A stretch of 64,000 nt of DNA from an uncultured Gammaproteobacteria bacterium (GCA_964604515.1 CAZRZA010000001.1:16243-80242), one strand, 5' to 3'; positions 18,973 through 29,879 are shown, counted from the stretch's first letter. Program-made: numbers and translations. The notes: generated by a model from the letters alone, not told the origin.

Positions 18973-20136
18973 TTAAAGTAATAAATATAATAAAGACATA
19001 CCACCTGCTAAGATAAATGTTAATTTAAAAGCAAATATTTCATCGGCAATAAAGAAAAGAGCAGTATATATTAAAAGAATAGCAATAAACTTACCAACCA
19101 CTAAAGACATTTCAAAGAAAACTACTGTTTTCATAACACTTCTAGACTTAGCTCTTTCATAAGTAATAGCTGTTAAAGGAACAGCGACAACATTTTTAGC
19201 TAAACGAGATAAAGTGTCTACAAAAAATATTCCTAATTGATTTATAATAAAGATACGAGCAAACCAAGCTAATGAATAAAAAGAAGCTCCTAAGGATAAA
19301 ATAGACCTCTTATTATTAGAATCTGTAATTCGACCAATATAAAGAGTAATTACAGAAGTTACTAAAGTAGCTAAAGTAACTATTAATCCTAAATCAAATA
19401 TATCTGTAATAATAATAGAAATAAAAACAGGCCAAACTACTAAAACAATTAATTCTTCTCCAAAACCTAAATAAGCTAAAAATGATTTTCTATTCTTACT
19501 ACTAATTAAATATTTATAAGCTTCTTTATAAGAAAAGTCTTTCTTTTCAAATTCTTCTTTAGTAATTAAAGTTGGTATATTAGAAGCTAAGAATATAATA
19601 GTAGCTATAGTAAATAAAGCCCCAAAACCCCATTGTGTAATTATAAAACCAGCTAAAGCTGGTCCAATTATATAAACTAAAGAAACAGCTGTGGTTAAAC
19701 CACTAATCTCTCTACCCTCTTCGCTATCATCAGAAAAACGAGCAAAGTCAGCATGATAGGCTGGCCAATAAAATGTTTTCTGTGCAGCTAAAATAAGAGG
19801 TACTATATAAAAAAGAAAAGAATACTGTTCAATAAAGAATAAACCAATATAAAACAAAGAAAAGAGAATGGTTCCCAATAACATACCTAATTCATAACCC
19901 TTTTTTCTAGCAAACTTAGCCCCTAAAGGCATGATCCAAAAATAAACAAAATAAGTTATTAAATAGAAAAACATTATCTTCTGTAAAGAGTAGCCTATTT
20001 TATATAAATAAATAGGCTCAAAGATCATAACCATAGCTAAAGCTAAATTAACTAAAATAGTAGAAGCAAATAATTCTTTAACCTGCCTCTTCATATTATG
20101 TGGTAGAAAATCTTTTAAAAATCCTATATAATTCAT
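18973..20136 (-). CDS. MFS-type transporter
   Basis: 387 aa, ~12 TM helices, paralogous to 20729..21886. Confidence 0.55.
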   Translation of the reverse strand: MNYIGFLKDFLPHNMKRQVKELFASTILVNLALAMVMIFEPIYLYKIGYSLQKIMFFYLITYFVYFWIMPLGAKFARKKGYELGMLLGTILFSLFYIGLFFIEQYSFLFYIVPLILAAQKTFYWPAYHADFARFSDDSEEGREISGLTTAVSLVYIIGPALAGFIITQWGFGALFTIATIIFLASNIPTLITKEEFEKKDFSYKEAYKYLISSKNRKSFLAYLGFGEELIVLVVWPVFISIIITDIFDLGLIVTLATLVTSVITLYIGRITDSNNKRSILSLGASFYSLAWFARIFIINQLGIFFVDTLSRLAKNVVAVPLTAITYERAKSRSVMKTVVFFEMSLVVGKFIAILLIYTALFFIADEIFAFKLTFILAGGMSLLYLLL

Positions 20137-20139
20137 ATC

Positions 20140-20727
20140 TTATATGATACCATTTATAGTCCCTTCTCGTAAAATCTTTACTTTATTATTTTCTAAAGAA
20201 ATTATAGTTGAAGGTTTAACTTTTTTTAATATTCCAGCATTAATGAATAAATCAACAGTAATATTTTGTTCTTTTATTTGTTGAGGATTATATATATTAT
20301 CTAAGCCTGATTTATTAGCTGAAGTAGCTATAATTGGTTTATTAAATGATTTACATAAAGAAAAAGCAAATTTATTATTAGAAATTCTTAAAGCTAAATT
20401 ATTAAATTTATAATTAGCATATGGTTTTTTTATTAAATCTAATACTATATTCAATGGTCCTGGCCAATATTCTTTAATTATATTATTAATTTTTAAATTA
20501 GTTTTAACTATTTTAGAAAGATACTCTTTATTAGGTATAATTACTCCCAAAGGATTATTAAAGCCTCTTTTCTTTACTTCATATATTTTCTGTACAGCTT
20601 TTTCATTAAAAAAATCACAACCTAAAGCATATGAAGTTTCTGTTGGATATATTATTAGTCCCCCCTCTTTCAAAACTTTAATAGCCTCTGATATTGCTTC
20701 CTTGTCATTTACCTTTATTACTCTCAT
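20140..20727 (-). CDS. tsaC: L-threonylcarbamoyladenylate synthase (YrdC/Sua5 family)
   Basis: IIYPTETSYALGC motif, ~190 aa YrdC-size. Confidence 0.8.
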   Translation of the reverse strand: MRVIKVNDKEAISEAIKVLKEGGLIIYPTETSYALGCDFFNEKAVQKIYEVKKRGFNNPLGVIIPNKEYLSKIVKTNLKINNIIKEYWPGPLNIVLDLIKKPYANYKFNNLALRISNNKFAFSLCKSFNKPIIATSANKSGLDNIYNPQQIKEQNITVDLFINAGILKKVKPSTIISLENNKVKILREGTINGII

Positions 20728-20728
20728 T

Positions 20729-21886
20729 CTATTTTAATAAAGAAATAAACAAAACAGCTATAGAAGCTATAATAAAGCTAATTTGCAGAGGAAAGAATAA
20801 TAATAAAATAGCTATTAATATTAAAGAAATAATCCTCCCTAATTGTAATGACATTTCTTTAATTACTGTATATTCATCTATATAATGTCCTCTATCAGCT
20901 GCTTTTTCATACACCAAAGTATCTAAAGATGTTCTGAGAACAATTAAAGCTAAAACATGATAAGTAGATACTAAAAATATTTGTAAAGCAGATACTATTC
21001 CTACTTTAAATAACCAAGCCGTAGAATTTAAAGCTATACCGATTTTAATTAATTTAGTTTTATTTATTTTATCTAAAAGATTGCCAATAAATAATCTTAA
21101 AATAATCCCCATCAAAACAATAGCCCCAGTTAAAAGACCAACTGCTCTATATTGTTCATCTAAGATCATAAAAATAAATAAAGGCCAAAATAATACCCTA
21201 ATAATACCAATGACACCATCAGACATATAAGCTATAACCATTCTTCTGTTATAAGGATGAAAAAAATATTTAAAAGTTTCTTTAAAGGTCCAAGAATATT
21301 CTTCTTTATTATCTGGTAATCTATTAAAAAATAATAAGGAAAGCAAAGAAAGTAATAAAGAGATAATAGCTAAGACAGAAAAAGACCATTTTTCTAAAAC
21401 AAAACCAGCTATAATAGGAGCTAGGGTTCCTAAAATAGCAGTAATAGAAAGAATAATACCAAATTGTTTTCCTCTATTCTTTTTATTAGTTAATAAAGCA
21501 GCCTCAGTATGAAATGGTAACCAAAAAGTATTTCTCATCATAGTAATGGCTAAAAGAGAAATAATAAAATAAAGATTAGGATTATCTAAAAACTTATAAA
21601 ATGATAAGAAGAATATTAAACGAAAAAATACAGAAATAATAATACTATTCTTCATATTTATTTCTCCCATTAATTTAGCTCCTAATGGTAGGAGAATAAA
21701 ATATAATAAAGAACCTAATAAATAATAAAGAATGACTATATTAATATCTTGATAGTGTTGGTATAAGAAAATTGGTAAAAATAAAGAAAAGACATTAACA
21801 CCAAAATCTAAAAATAATTTTCCAGAATATAAATATAATAAATCCTTAGAAAATCCTAATTTTTTATAGTCTTCTATAATTTTCAT
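20729..21886 (-). CDS. MFS-type transporter (paralog)
   Basis: 385 aa polytopic; similar topology/length to 18973..20136. Confidence 0.5.
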   Translation of the reverse strand: MKIIEDYKKLGFSKDLLYLYSGKLFLDFGVNVFSLFLPIFLYQHYQDINIVILYYLLGSLLYFILLPLGAKLMGEINMKNSIIISVFFRLIFFLSFYKFLDNPNLYFIISLLAITMMRNTFWLPFHTEAALLTNKKNRGKQFGIILSITAILGTLAPIIAGFVLEKWSFSVLAIISLLLSLLSLLFFNRLPDNKEEYSWTFKETFKYFFHPYNRRMVIAYMSDGVIGIIRVLFWPLFIFMILDEQYRAVGLLTGAIVLMGIILRLFIGNLLDKINKTKLIKIGIALNSTAWLFKVGIVSALQIFLVSTYHVLALIVLRTSLDTLVYEKAADRGHYIDEYTVIKEMSLQLGRIISLILIAILLLFFPLQISFIIASIAVLFISLLK

Positions 21887-21898
21887 TTTTGTTTTTAT

Positions 21899-24304
21899 TT
21901 AAATGACAATAGAAATTATTTTATTCTTAATATAAATAAATTTCTTTATCTTTTTCTGAGCAATATGTTTTTTAATATTGGCTAAACTTAATACTTCTGA
22001 TCTTAATTCTTTGCTCTCTTCTTTGTCTATTTCTAAAGTAATAAAGTCCCTAACCTTACCATTAACTTGTATAGCTAGCTTAACTTTATCTTCTTTAATT
22101 AACTCCTTATTATATTGAGGCCACTCTTTAAACATTAAAGATTCTGAATAATTTAAATTAGAATGAAGCTCTTCTGTTAAATGAGGAGCAAAGGGAGATA
22201 ATAGTATTAATAGTTTAATAAATACTTCTTTATTTAAATTATCCTTATCAACTTCATTAATAAATATCATTAAACTAGAAATTGCTGTATTAAATCTAAT
22301 ATTTTCTATATCCTCAGTTACTTTCTTAATAGTTTTATTAATTAATATATTATTTTCTTCTGAATCTACATTCTCTTTAACACTATCTATTAATAAAAAT
22401 ATTTTTTTAAGAAAATTAACTACTCCTTTAATGCTCTTAGTATTCCAAGGTTTTTCATCTGCTAAGGGACCCATAAACATAATATATAATCTTAAAACAT
22501 CTGCTCCATATTGCTTTATAATATCATCAGGATTAACCACATTACCTTTAGATTTAGACATTTTCTTACCATCTTCAGCTAAAATCATTCCTTGATTAAA
22601 TAACTTAAGAAAAGGCTCCTCTACAGGAACTACTTTTAAATCATAAAGAAACATCTGCCAAAAACGAGCATATAATAAATGTAAAACGGCATGCTCTGCT
22701 CCACCAATATATATATCTACTGGTAAATTTTCTTTTAATAAATTATTATTAGCTAATTCTTTATCATTTTGACTATCAATATATCTTAAAAAATACCAAG
22801 AAGAACCTGCCCATTGAGGCATGGTATTGGTCTCTCTTTTAGCTTTACCATGACATTTAGGGCATTCTGTATTAACCCATTCTTCTATTTTAGCTAAAGG
22901 AGACTCTCCGTTTCCTGTCGGTTGATAATTATCTATTTTTGGTAATTCTACTGGTAAGTCTTTTTCAGCTACAGCCACTACTCCACATTTAATACAGTGT
23001 ACTATTGGTATTGGTTCTCCCCAATATCTTTGACGAGAAAAAACCCAATCTCTTAATTTATAATTTACTTTCTTCTGAGCTAAATTATCTTTAACTAAAT
23101 ACTCTATAATTTTCTTTTTAAACTCTGCTGTTTCTAAACCATCAAACTTATCTGAGTTAATAGCTAAACCAAATCCTTCTAAAGCTTTTTCTTTTATATT
23201 ACCCTCTGTTTTAACAACCTGTTTAATATTTAAATTAAATTTTTGCGCAAATTCCCAATCTCTTTGATCATGAGCTGGTACAGCCATAACTACTCCTGAG
23301 CCATATGAATCTAAAACATAATCAGCTACAAAAATAGGTAACTCTTCTCCATTAACAGGATTAACACCCTTTAAACCATTTATTAATACTCCTGTCTTTT
23401 CTTTGGCTAAATCTGTTCTTTCTAATTCTGATTTATTTTTTACTTTTTTAAGATACTCTTTAATTTCTTTATAGTTTTTTATTTTATCCTGATACTCTTC
23501 TATTATTCTATGCTCTGGAGCTAAGGCCATATAAGTTACCCCGTATAAAGTATCGGGACGAGTTGTAAATACTTTTAATTCTTCTTCAATATCTTTTAAT
23601 TTAAAAACTATTTCTGCTCCCTCAGATTTACCTATCCAATTTCTTTGCAAAGCTTTGATCTTTTCTGGCCAATCTAAATTAACTAAACCACCCAATAATC
23701 TTTCTGCATAGTCTGTAATCTTAAGTAACCATTGTTGCATGTCCTTCTTCTCTACCTCTGTTTCACAACGATCACATTTACCACCAACCACCTCTTCATT
23801 AGCTAAACCAGTTAAACAAGAGGGGCACCAATTTATTGGTATTGTGTCTTGATATGCTAAACCTTTTTTATATAATTGTAAGAATATCCATTGTGTCCAT
23901 TTATAATACTGTGGATTAGTAGTGTCAATTTCATTATTCCAATTATATGAATAACCTAAAGAGTTAATTTGTTTCCGAAAATTATCAATATTCTTCTTCG
24001 TAATATCTTGCGGATGCTCACCTGTTTTCAAAGCAAAGTTTTCTGTTGGCAAGCCAAAAGCATCCCAACCCATAGGATGTAAAACATTGAAGCCTTGATG
24101 ACGATAATAACGAGCTAAAATATCTGTAGCTGTATAGCTTTCTGTATGACCAATATGTAAACCAGCAGCAGAAGGATAGGGAAACATATCTAAAATATAT
24201 TTCTTCTTCTTTTTACTATTAGTAAATTCAAAAAGATTGTTATCTGCCCAATATTTTTGCCATTTAGCGTCTATTTTCTTAAAATTATATTCTTTTTCTT
24301 TCAT
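21899..24304 (-). CDS. leuS: leucine--tRNA ligase
   Basis: HIGH (HIGHTESYTATD) and KMSKS motifs; start placed at MKEKEYNFKKIDAKWQ (track ORF has 20 extra N-terminal codons). Confidence 0.93.
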   Translation of the reverse strand: MKEKEYNFKKIDAKWQKYWADNNLFEFTNSKKKKKYILDMFPYPSAAGLHIGHTESYTATDILARYYRHQGFNVLHPMGWDAFGLPTENFALKTGEHPQDITKKNIDNFRKQINSLGYSYNWNNEIDTTNPQYYKWTQWIFLQLYKKGLAYQDTIPINWCPSCLTGLANEEVVGGKCDRCETEVEKKDMQQWLLKITDYAERLLGGLVNLDWPEKIKALQRNWIGKSEGAEIVFKLKDIEEELKVFTTRPDTLYGVTYMALAPEHRIIEEYQDKIKNYKEIKEYLKKVKNKSELERTDLAKEKTGVLINGLKGVNPVNGEELPIFVADYVLDSYGSGVVMAVPAHDQRDWEFAQKFNLNIKQVVKTEGNIKEKALEGFGLAINSDKFDGLETAEFKKKIIEYLVKDNLAQKKVNYKLRDWVFSRQRYWGEPIPIVHCIKCGVVAVAEKDLPVELPKIDNYQPTGNGESPLAKIEEWVNTECPKCHGKAKRETNTMPQWAGSSWYFLRYIDSQNDKELANNNLLKENLPVDIYIGGAEHAVLHLLYARFWQMFLYDLKVVPVEEPFLKLFNQGMILAEDGKKMSKSKGNVVNPDDIIKQYGADVLRLYIMFMGPLADEKPWNTKSIKGVVNFLKKIFLLIDSVKENVDSEENNILINKTIKKVTEDIENIRFNTAISSLMIFINEVDKDNLNKEVFIKLLILLSPFAPHLTEELHSNLNYSESLMFKEWPQYNKELIKEDKVKLAIQVNGKVRDFITLEIDKEESKELRSEVLSLANIKKHIAQKKIKKFIYIKNKIISIVI

Positions 24305-24472
24305 ATTATTACATATTAACAAATTATTCAAATCTAGACAATATATAAACACAAACCTATACATTTATTATAGTAAAACCCTTATATTCATTGAATATTC
24401 AATATCAAGCCTATACATTATTAATAATATATATAAATAACTATTGACAAAATCCTTTTATTTTACTACTTT

Positions 24473-25849
24473 ATGTTCTATAATATAAATATTAATATAA
24501 AATATATTAAATTAATAATTAAACAAATAATTAATAAAATAGCCTTAAATTTATTTGAGGTATTAAGATGGTTTAGAAAGCCTGTTTTTATATTATTTAA
24601 GTTAATAATTAAATTATTAACTATAATTAATACTATATTAATAGTTCCTCTAATATTACCTTTTTATAAATTATATTTAAAAACAAAGAAAGTAATAAAG
24701 AATATAATATTTAAACCTACTATTTATTTAAGTTTTGTCAAAAAGTATTTAAGCTATGTTACTATTATCATAATCATCACCCTGGTAAGTACTCATAATA
24801 TATTTGCCCAAACATATAGTACAGATGAATATGCCTCTAAAAGTCTTCTTTCTGATTTAGTTACTACAGAACATGAGCATGATATCCAATTAATAGAAGA
24901 AAAACAAATAATTAATAAAAATAAAAGTAAAGTAGTTAACTATTTAGAAGAACAAGGTACTTTACAAGAATTAGTAATTGAAACTCCTTTTATTGATAAA
25001 GAATATGAGGCTGATAATACAAAAATATCTCCAGATTCTTCTAGTTTAGTATTAATCAATCCAGAAGATATTAATTTAACCACTACTAATGAAATAGTTA
25101 ATACTAGAACAGATGCTATTATCTATACTGTTCAAACTGGAGATATTATAGGTAAAATAGCTGAAAAATTTAATGTTTCTGCTAATACTATTCTCTGGGA
25201 AAATAATTTGAGTTGGCGAAGTACTATCAAGCCTGGTTTAAAATTAAATATCCTACCAAATAGTGGCATTAATCATGAAGTTAAGTCTGGAGATACTGTT
25301 TTAGCTATTGCAAAAAAATATCAAATTGAAGCTCAAGATATTGTTTTCTCTAATAAATTAGCTAATGCTGGAGATATAAAAAAAGGAGATTTATTATTCA
25401 TACCAGGAGGTATAAAACCAGCAACAGTTAAATCTTCCTATACTTCTCGTCAAACTATTACCTACTTACCTCCCGCCAGTACAGATTCTGGTACTAAATT
25501 ATTATGGCCACTTAATAGTCATCGTATTACTCAATATTATCACTGGGGACACCATGCTTTAGATGTTGGTGATAAAACGGGCAACCCTATTTATGCTTCT
25601 GAGTCTGGTAAAATAGAAAGATCTGGTTGGAATAAAGGTTATGGCTATAATATAGTAATTAATCATGGTAATGGCTTAAAGACTCTTTATGCTCATGCTA
25701 GTAGCTTATTAGTTAATGCTGGTGAAACAGTGTCTCGTGGGCAAACTATAGCTCTAATAGGCTCTACGGGTTGGTCTACGGGACCACATATTCATTATGA
25801 AGTTAGAGTAAATGGTGCTAAACAAAATCCTTTAAATTATATAAAATAA
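24473..25849 (+). CDS. LysM-domain M23 family peptidase (peptidoglycan hydrolase)
   Basis: Two LysM repeats (YTVQTGDIIGKIAEKFNV..., HEVKSGDTVLAIAKKYQI...) and C-terminal LytM/M23 motifs (HWGHHALD, HGNGLKTLYAH, GPHIHYE); N-terminal hydrophobic region; exact start uncertain. Confidence 0.8.
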   Translation: MFYNININIKYIKLIIKQIINKIALNLFEVLRWFRKPVFILFKLIIKLLTIINTILIVPLILPFYKLYLKTKKVIKNIIFKPTIYLSFVKKYLSYVTIIIIITLVSTHNIFAQTYSTDEYASKSLLSDLVTTEHEHDIQLIEEKQIINKNKSKVVNYLEEQGTLQELVIETPFIDKEYEADNTKISPDSSSLVLINPEDINLTTTNEIVNTRTDAIIYTVQTGDIIGKIAEKFNVSANTILWENNLSWRSTIKPGLKLNILPNSGINHEVKSGDTVLAIAKKYQIEAQDIVFSNKLANAGDIKKGDLLFIPGGIKPATVKSSYTSRQTITYLPPASTDSGTKLLWPLNSHRITQYYHWGHHALDVGDKTGNPIYASESGKIERSGWNKGYGYNIVINHGNGLKTLYAHASSLLVNAGETVSRGQTIALIGSTGWSTGPHIHYEVRVNGAKQNPLNYIK

Positions 25850-25876
25850 AAAACAGCCTAGAAAGGCTGTTTTTTA
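25849..25876. terminator. bidirectional hairpin terminator between convergent genes
   Basis: aaaacagcctagaaaggctgtttttt (A-run, stem, T-run). Confidence 0.6.
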
Positions 25877-25882
25877 TATTTT

Positions 25883-26836
25883 CTAACCTCTATATACTAA
25901 GTACATTAAATAAGCTATATATATTAATACTAAAATAATACCCTCTAATCTTCCTAAAACATTCTTACGACCAATAAAGACAAATAATAGTAATAAGATA
26001 GTAGCAAAACCCATGAAATAAATATCAAAATTTAAGACAGGAGAAAAGAATATTGGTTTAATAGCTGAGCTTAATCCTAAGATCCAAAAAATATTAAAAA
26101 TATTAGAGCCAATAACATTACCAATAGCTATGTCTGCATTGTGCTTGAAAGCAGCAACAGCTGAAGCAGCTAATTCTGGTAAAGAAGTACCAATAGCAAC
26201 GATTGTTAAGCCAATTAATGATTCTGACATATTAAACTTGGCCGCTATAATAACGGCTCCGTCTACTATCCATTTTCCTCCAAATGCTAAACCAATCATA
26301 CCAGCTATTATCATAGCAATAGATATTAAAGTATGTTTTTCTTCTACTTTTTCTTTTTCACCCTCTACTCTAGAAATGCCGAAGGTATAATAAATAAAGA
26401 TAATAAAGAATAATAATAATATTAAACCATCTATTCTAGTTAAAGCAGAAAATTCTGCACCATCAATTAAAATATCATTAACTAATAACCATAAAGCTAC
26501 TACAGCCAACATATTTAAAGGTATTTCTGTAGAGGCTGTACCTCTTTTTACTGTTAAAGGATAAATAATAGCCGCAATACCTAATATTAATAAGATATTA
26601 GAAATATTAGAACCAATGACATTAGCAATAGCTAAGTCACTATTACCATTAAAGGAAGCAATCAAATTAACAAATAACTCTGGAGCAGAGGTACCAAAAG
26701 AAACAATTGTTAAACCAATCATTAAATCAGAAACTCTAAATTTTTTAGCAATAGAAGATGCTCCCTCTACTAACCAATCAGCACCTTTGATTAAGAAATA
26801 AAAACCAGCTACAAATAGAGAGTAGGTTAAAAACAT
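25883..26836 (-). CDS. Ca2+/cation antiporter (CaCA family Na+/Ca2+ exchanger)
   Basis: Two alpha-repeats GTSAPELFVNLIA... and GTSLPELAASAVAAFKHNADIAIGNVIGSNIFNI. Confidence 0.85.
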   Translation of the reverse strand: MFLTYSLFVAGFYFLIKGADWLVEGASSIAKKFRVSDLMIGLTIVSFGTSAPELFVNLIASFNGNSDLAIANVIGSNISNILLILGIAAIIYPLTVKRGTASTEIPLNMLAVVALWLLVNDILIDGAEFSALTRIDGLILLLFFIIFIYYTFGISRVEGEKEKVEEKHTLISIAMIIAGMIGLAFGGKWIVDGAVIIAAKFNMSESLIGLTIVAIGTSLPELAASAVAAFKHNADIAIGNVIGSNIFNIFWILGLSSAIKPIFFSPVLNFDIYFMGFATILLLLFVFIGRKNVLGRLEGIILVLIYIAYLMYLVYRG

Positions 26837-26837
26837 T

Positions 26838-29800
26838 TTATTTTTGTACTTCTTCTAATAATTTTCTGGTCAAGGGGCCAACTACACCTACTCCTGGTAA
26901 ATCATTGTCTCTCTGGAATTCACTAACAGCTTTAGTAGTAATTAAACCATAATATCCTGTTATTTTGTGAAAGATAAAGTATCCTAAATCTTTTAATAAA
27001 GATTGCAGGTTCTTAACTTCTTGTCCTTCACTACCATGATATAAATATCTATTAAACTTATAAACAACCCTTTCTTCTTCTGTCTCTAAATCAGCAATAA
27101 TTTCTTCTTCTATTTCTTCTTCTGTAAGAGTAATTTCTTCTTCATATTCTTCAGAAAAGAAATTTCTTTCTGTTAGTAAACCATCTGATATAATATAGTA
27201 ATTCTTATCATTATGAGTAAAATATTTTAATAGATTATCAAAATATTGAATAATATTAGTTATGGTATCTTCAGTTAATTCTGATCCTACCGCTCCTCTG
27301 TCTAAAACAGTATTAGACATAATAATACCAGAAGAATTACCATAATCATTATAGAATTTAACAAATACAGAATACTGTCCTTCTGGACATTCTGCTTCTT
27401 TTATTAAGCCATCTGATTCTGAACACAAATCCCAAGCTATTTCTTCTTGATATGGTTGAATACTAGCATCGCTCATATCTTCTTTGTTAGAAATGGCCAC
27501 TTTAGTTATATCTTCTCCAACATTAAATGATAAGGTTACCTCTCTAGCGCCTACTAAGTCTGATTCACCATTAACGTATGTTTGAAAGCCATACTCTGGT
27601 GTTTCTATTGGATTTAATAAATACATTGCTATACCTCCACCGCCAGAAGAACCGCTGCCATCATCACCACCAATACCAAATGGAGATAATTCTGAAACAT
27701 TACACGTTATACTATTATCTGTTGTATTAATAGTACAATCTGTTTCTTTTTTCCAAGCATTATCTACATAATGAAGAACATATAAGGAAGACTCACTTAG
27801 ACCCCCTAAGTTATCTTCTTGATATGGTAGGGTTATGGTGGTGGTTCCTGATACAGTCGCGGTTCCAGCTTCTAAATTTACTACACTACCAACTGTTTTA
27901 ACACTGGCTCCATCAGAGGTTGTCATATTTACTGTTCCATCATTATTATTAGTAGAGGATGGAATATTCTCCGGAGCATATAAATCAGTTTTAAAGGTAC
28001 CATCACCACTAACTGTTCCAAATGACATTGTAATGCCAAGTCCCTTTATTTCAAAAGATTTGTTTTCCTCTCCAATACTAGTAAAGGTTGCTACTGGGTC
28101 TTGTCCTGGTAATAATTTATCACCTGGCGCTAAATATTTACTAGCATCACTTGGCTTACAATCACTAGTAGTACAAGTAATTCCTTCTAATAAGACACCA
28201 TATGCTGGAATCATGTTGGCAGAAAGAGTTTGAGTTCCGTCATCTAGGAATGTTGTCCCTAAACCAAATGATGCAGCTTCTTTAAAGTCTTGTTTCATAG
28301 CGCTAAAATCAGTTGTATCTCCAAAATGTGAATACTTATCAAAAACCATTTCCTTTGCAAAAACTTGTGAATCTGAAAATATAGTAAAATCGTCAAAGGT
28401 CATGTTTCCTCCAAAATCCTGTACACCAGAACTAAAGTCTGCTCCTTGTCCCATTACCTCATTGTCTCTAAACTTCATTCCAGATCCATATTTTATTGAT
28501 AGAGCAGAAAAATCATGGTCAAGATCACTAAGGTCTTGTCCTGTAGAAAATTTTGCGCTTTTTCCAAATGTTTGAGCAACAGCAAAGGTAGATATACCAC
28601 CAGAAAAATCAGCCTTCTCTCCAAATATTTGACTTGCGTTAAAAGTAGTTCCCCTTTTAAATTTTGCTTTCTCTCCAAATGTTTGGGTTGCGTCAAATCT
28701 TTGATTTTCTGCAAACTCAGTTCTTGGACCAAAGTTTTGATTTGCACCAAATGTTTGGGTTGTATTAGCAAAACTTTGTCCTTCTGGAAATATCATACCA
28801 TCATTAAACATTGTTCCAGAATCAAAATCCTGTGTTTCTGAAAATTCATAATTTTCACTAAAATGATAACTTGTTCCTGAAACAGTAGTACTATATGAAC
28901 CAGAGCCAATGCTATTAGTAGCCAATACTTTAAAGTAGTATAAAGTACCCTTGCTTAATCCTGTTACTGTAGTACTAGCAATAGCACTTGTGCCAAATGT
29001 TGACCAAGTACTATTATCTAAACTTGTTTGAATAGTATAACCAGTGATAGCTGAGCCATTATTTGCCGGAGCCGTCCAAGAAAGAACTGTGGTGGTGTCT
29101 GTTTTATCTCCTATTATCAAACCAGTAGGAGCATCTGGTACCAAAGCACTGGTTGTTCCTGAGGCAGTACTACTATTACTACCGGTACCAACACTATTAA
29201 CAGCTGCTACTCTAAAATTATATGCTGTATTACCAATTAGCCCTGTTACCGTAGTGCTAGCTGTGGTGCTTGTGCCATCAGAAAAAGTAACCCAAGAACC
29301 ACCAGAAGGTTGACTTTGAATAATATAATCTGTAATAGCTGCTCCATTAGCTGCTGGAGCTGTCCAAGAAAGAGCTATAGAGGAGCTAGTGATAGCTCCT
29401 ACTGTTAAACTAGTAGGAGCATCTGGTGCTGCAGCTAAAGTAGTAGCAGAAACAGCTGAGGTATAAGAACTTGTTCCTGATTTATTCTTAGCTGCTACTT
29501 GAAAATTATATGCTGTCCCAGAAATCAAACCTGTTATTGTCGTGCTTTTATTAGCATTAACACCGTCAACAAAAGTAGTCCAAGTCTTAGCTTTGTTTAC
29601 TTGATATTGAATAATATAATCAGTAGCAGCAATAGATCCTTTAGGTAAAGACCAAGACAAATCAACAGAAGCGCTACTAACCGTTCCTACTGTTAAACTA
29701 GTAGGAGTGCTAGGCTCTCCTTTAGCAAGCATAGATGCTCCGCTAAAAGTAGAAGCAACAATAAAGAAAGAGCCTAATAAGAATAAAATAGATAATTTCT

Positions 29801-29843
29801 TAAAACTAGGGTCTTCAAAAAATAGTTTAATTTTTTCTAACAT
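26838..29843 (-). CDS. surface protein with three fibronectin-type-III domains, ~16-aa tandem repeats and C-terminal peptidoglycan-binding domain
   Basis: N-terminal signal/TM; three Fn3 units ending ...GTAYNF(Q/R)VAA...; repeat tract xTFGxKAKF; C-terminal PG_binding_1-like YKFNRYLYHGSEGQEVKNLQSLLKDLGY... Confidence 0.8.
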   Translation of the reverse strand: MLEKIKLFFEDPSFKKLSILFLLGSFFIVASTFSGASMLAKGEPSTPTSLTVGTVSSASVDLSWSLPKGSIAATDYIIQYQVNKAKTWTTFVDGVNANKSTTITGLISGTAYNFQVAAKNKSGTSSYTSAVSATTLAAAPDAPTSLTVGAITSSSIALSWTAPAANGAAITDYIIQSQPSGGSWVTFSDGTSTTASTTVTGLIGNTAYNFRVAAVNSVGTGSNSSTASGTTSALVPDAPTGLIIGDKTDTTTVLSWTAPANNGSAITGYTIQTSLDNSTWSTFGTSAIASTTVTGLSKGTLYYFKVLATNSIGSGSYSTTVSGTSYHFSENYEFSETQDFDSGTMFNDGMIFPEGQSFANTTQTFGANQNFGPRTEFAENQRFDATQTFGEKAKFKRGTTFNASQIFGEKADFSGGISTFAVAQTFGKSAKFSTGQDLSDLDHDFSALSIKYGSGMKFRDNEVMGQGADFSSGVQDFGGNMTFDDFTIFSDSQVFAKEMVFDKYSHFGDTTDFSAMKQDFKEAASFGLGTTFLDDGTQTLSANMIPAYGVLLEGITCTTSDCKPSDASKYLAPGDKLLPGQDPVATFTSIGEENKSFEIKGLGITMSFGTVSGDGTFKTDLYAPENIPSSTNNNDGTVNMTTSDGASVKTVGSVVNLEAGTATVSGTTTITLPYQEDNLGGLSESSLYVLHYVDNAWKKETDCTINTTDNSITCNVSELSPFGIGGDDGSGSSGGGGIAMYLLNPIETPEYGFQTYVNGESDLVGAREVTLSFNVGEDITKVAISNKEDMSDASIQPYQEEIAWDLCSESDGLIKEAECPEGQYSVFVKFYNDYGNSSGIIMSNTVLDRGAVGSELTEDTITNIIQYFDNLLKYFTHNDKNYYIISDGLLTERNFFSEEYEEEITLTEEEIEEEIIADLETEEERVVYKFNRYLYHGSEGQEVKNLQSLLKDLGYFIFHKITGYYGLITTKAVSEFQRDNDLPGVGVVGPLTRKLLEEVQK
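28253..28871 (-). repeat. in-frame short tandem coding repeats within Fn3 protein gene
   Basis: Encoded peptide periodicity (TQTFGEKAKFKRGTTF / NASQIFGEKADFSGGISTF / AVAQTFGKSAKFSTGQ); many overlapping spurious ORFs on both strands in track typical of repetitive DNA. Confidence 0.5.
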
Positions 29844-29879
29844 AAAACAAGTAATTTAATATTTTTATTTTAACAATTA

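Noticed and set aside
24365-24472. Possible T-box leader upstream of leuS
   Set aside because: The region is almost pure A/T, with no GC-rich specifier or antiterminator helices and no T-box consensus (AGGGUGGNACCGCG).
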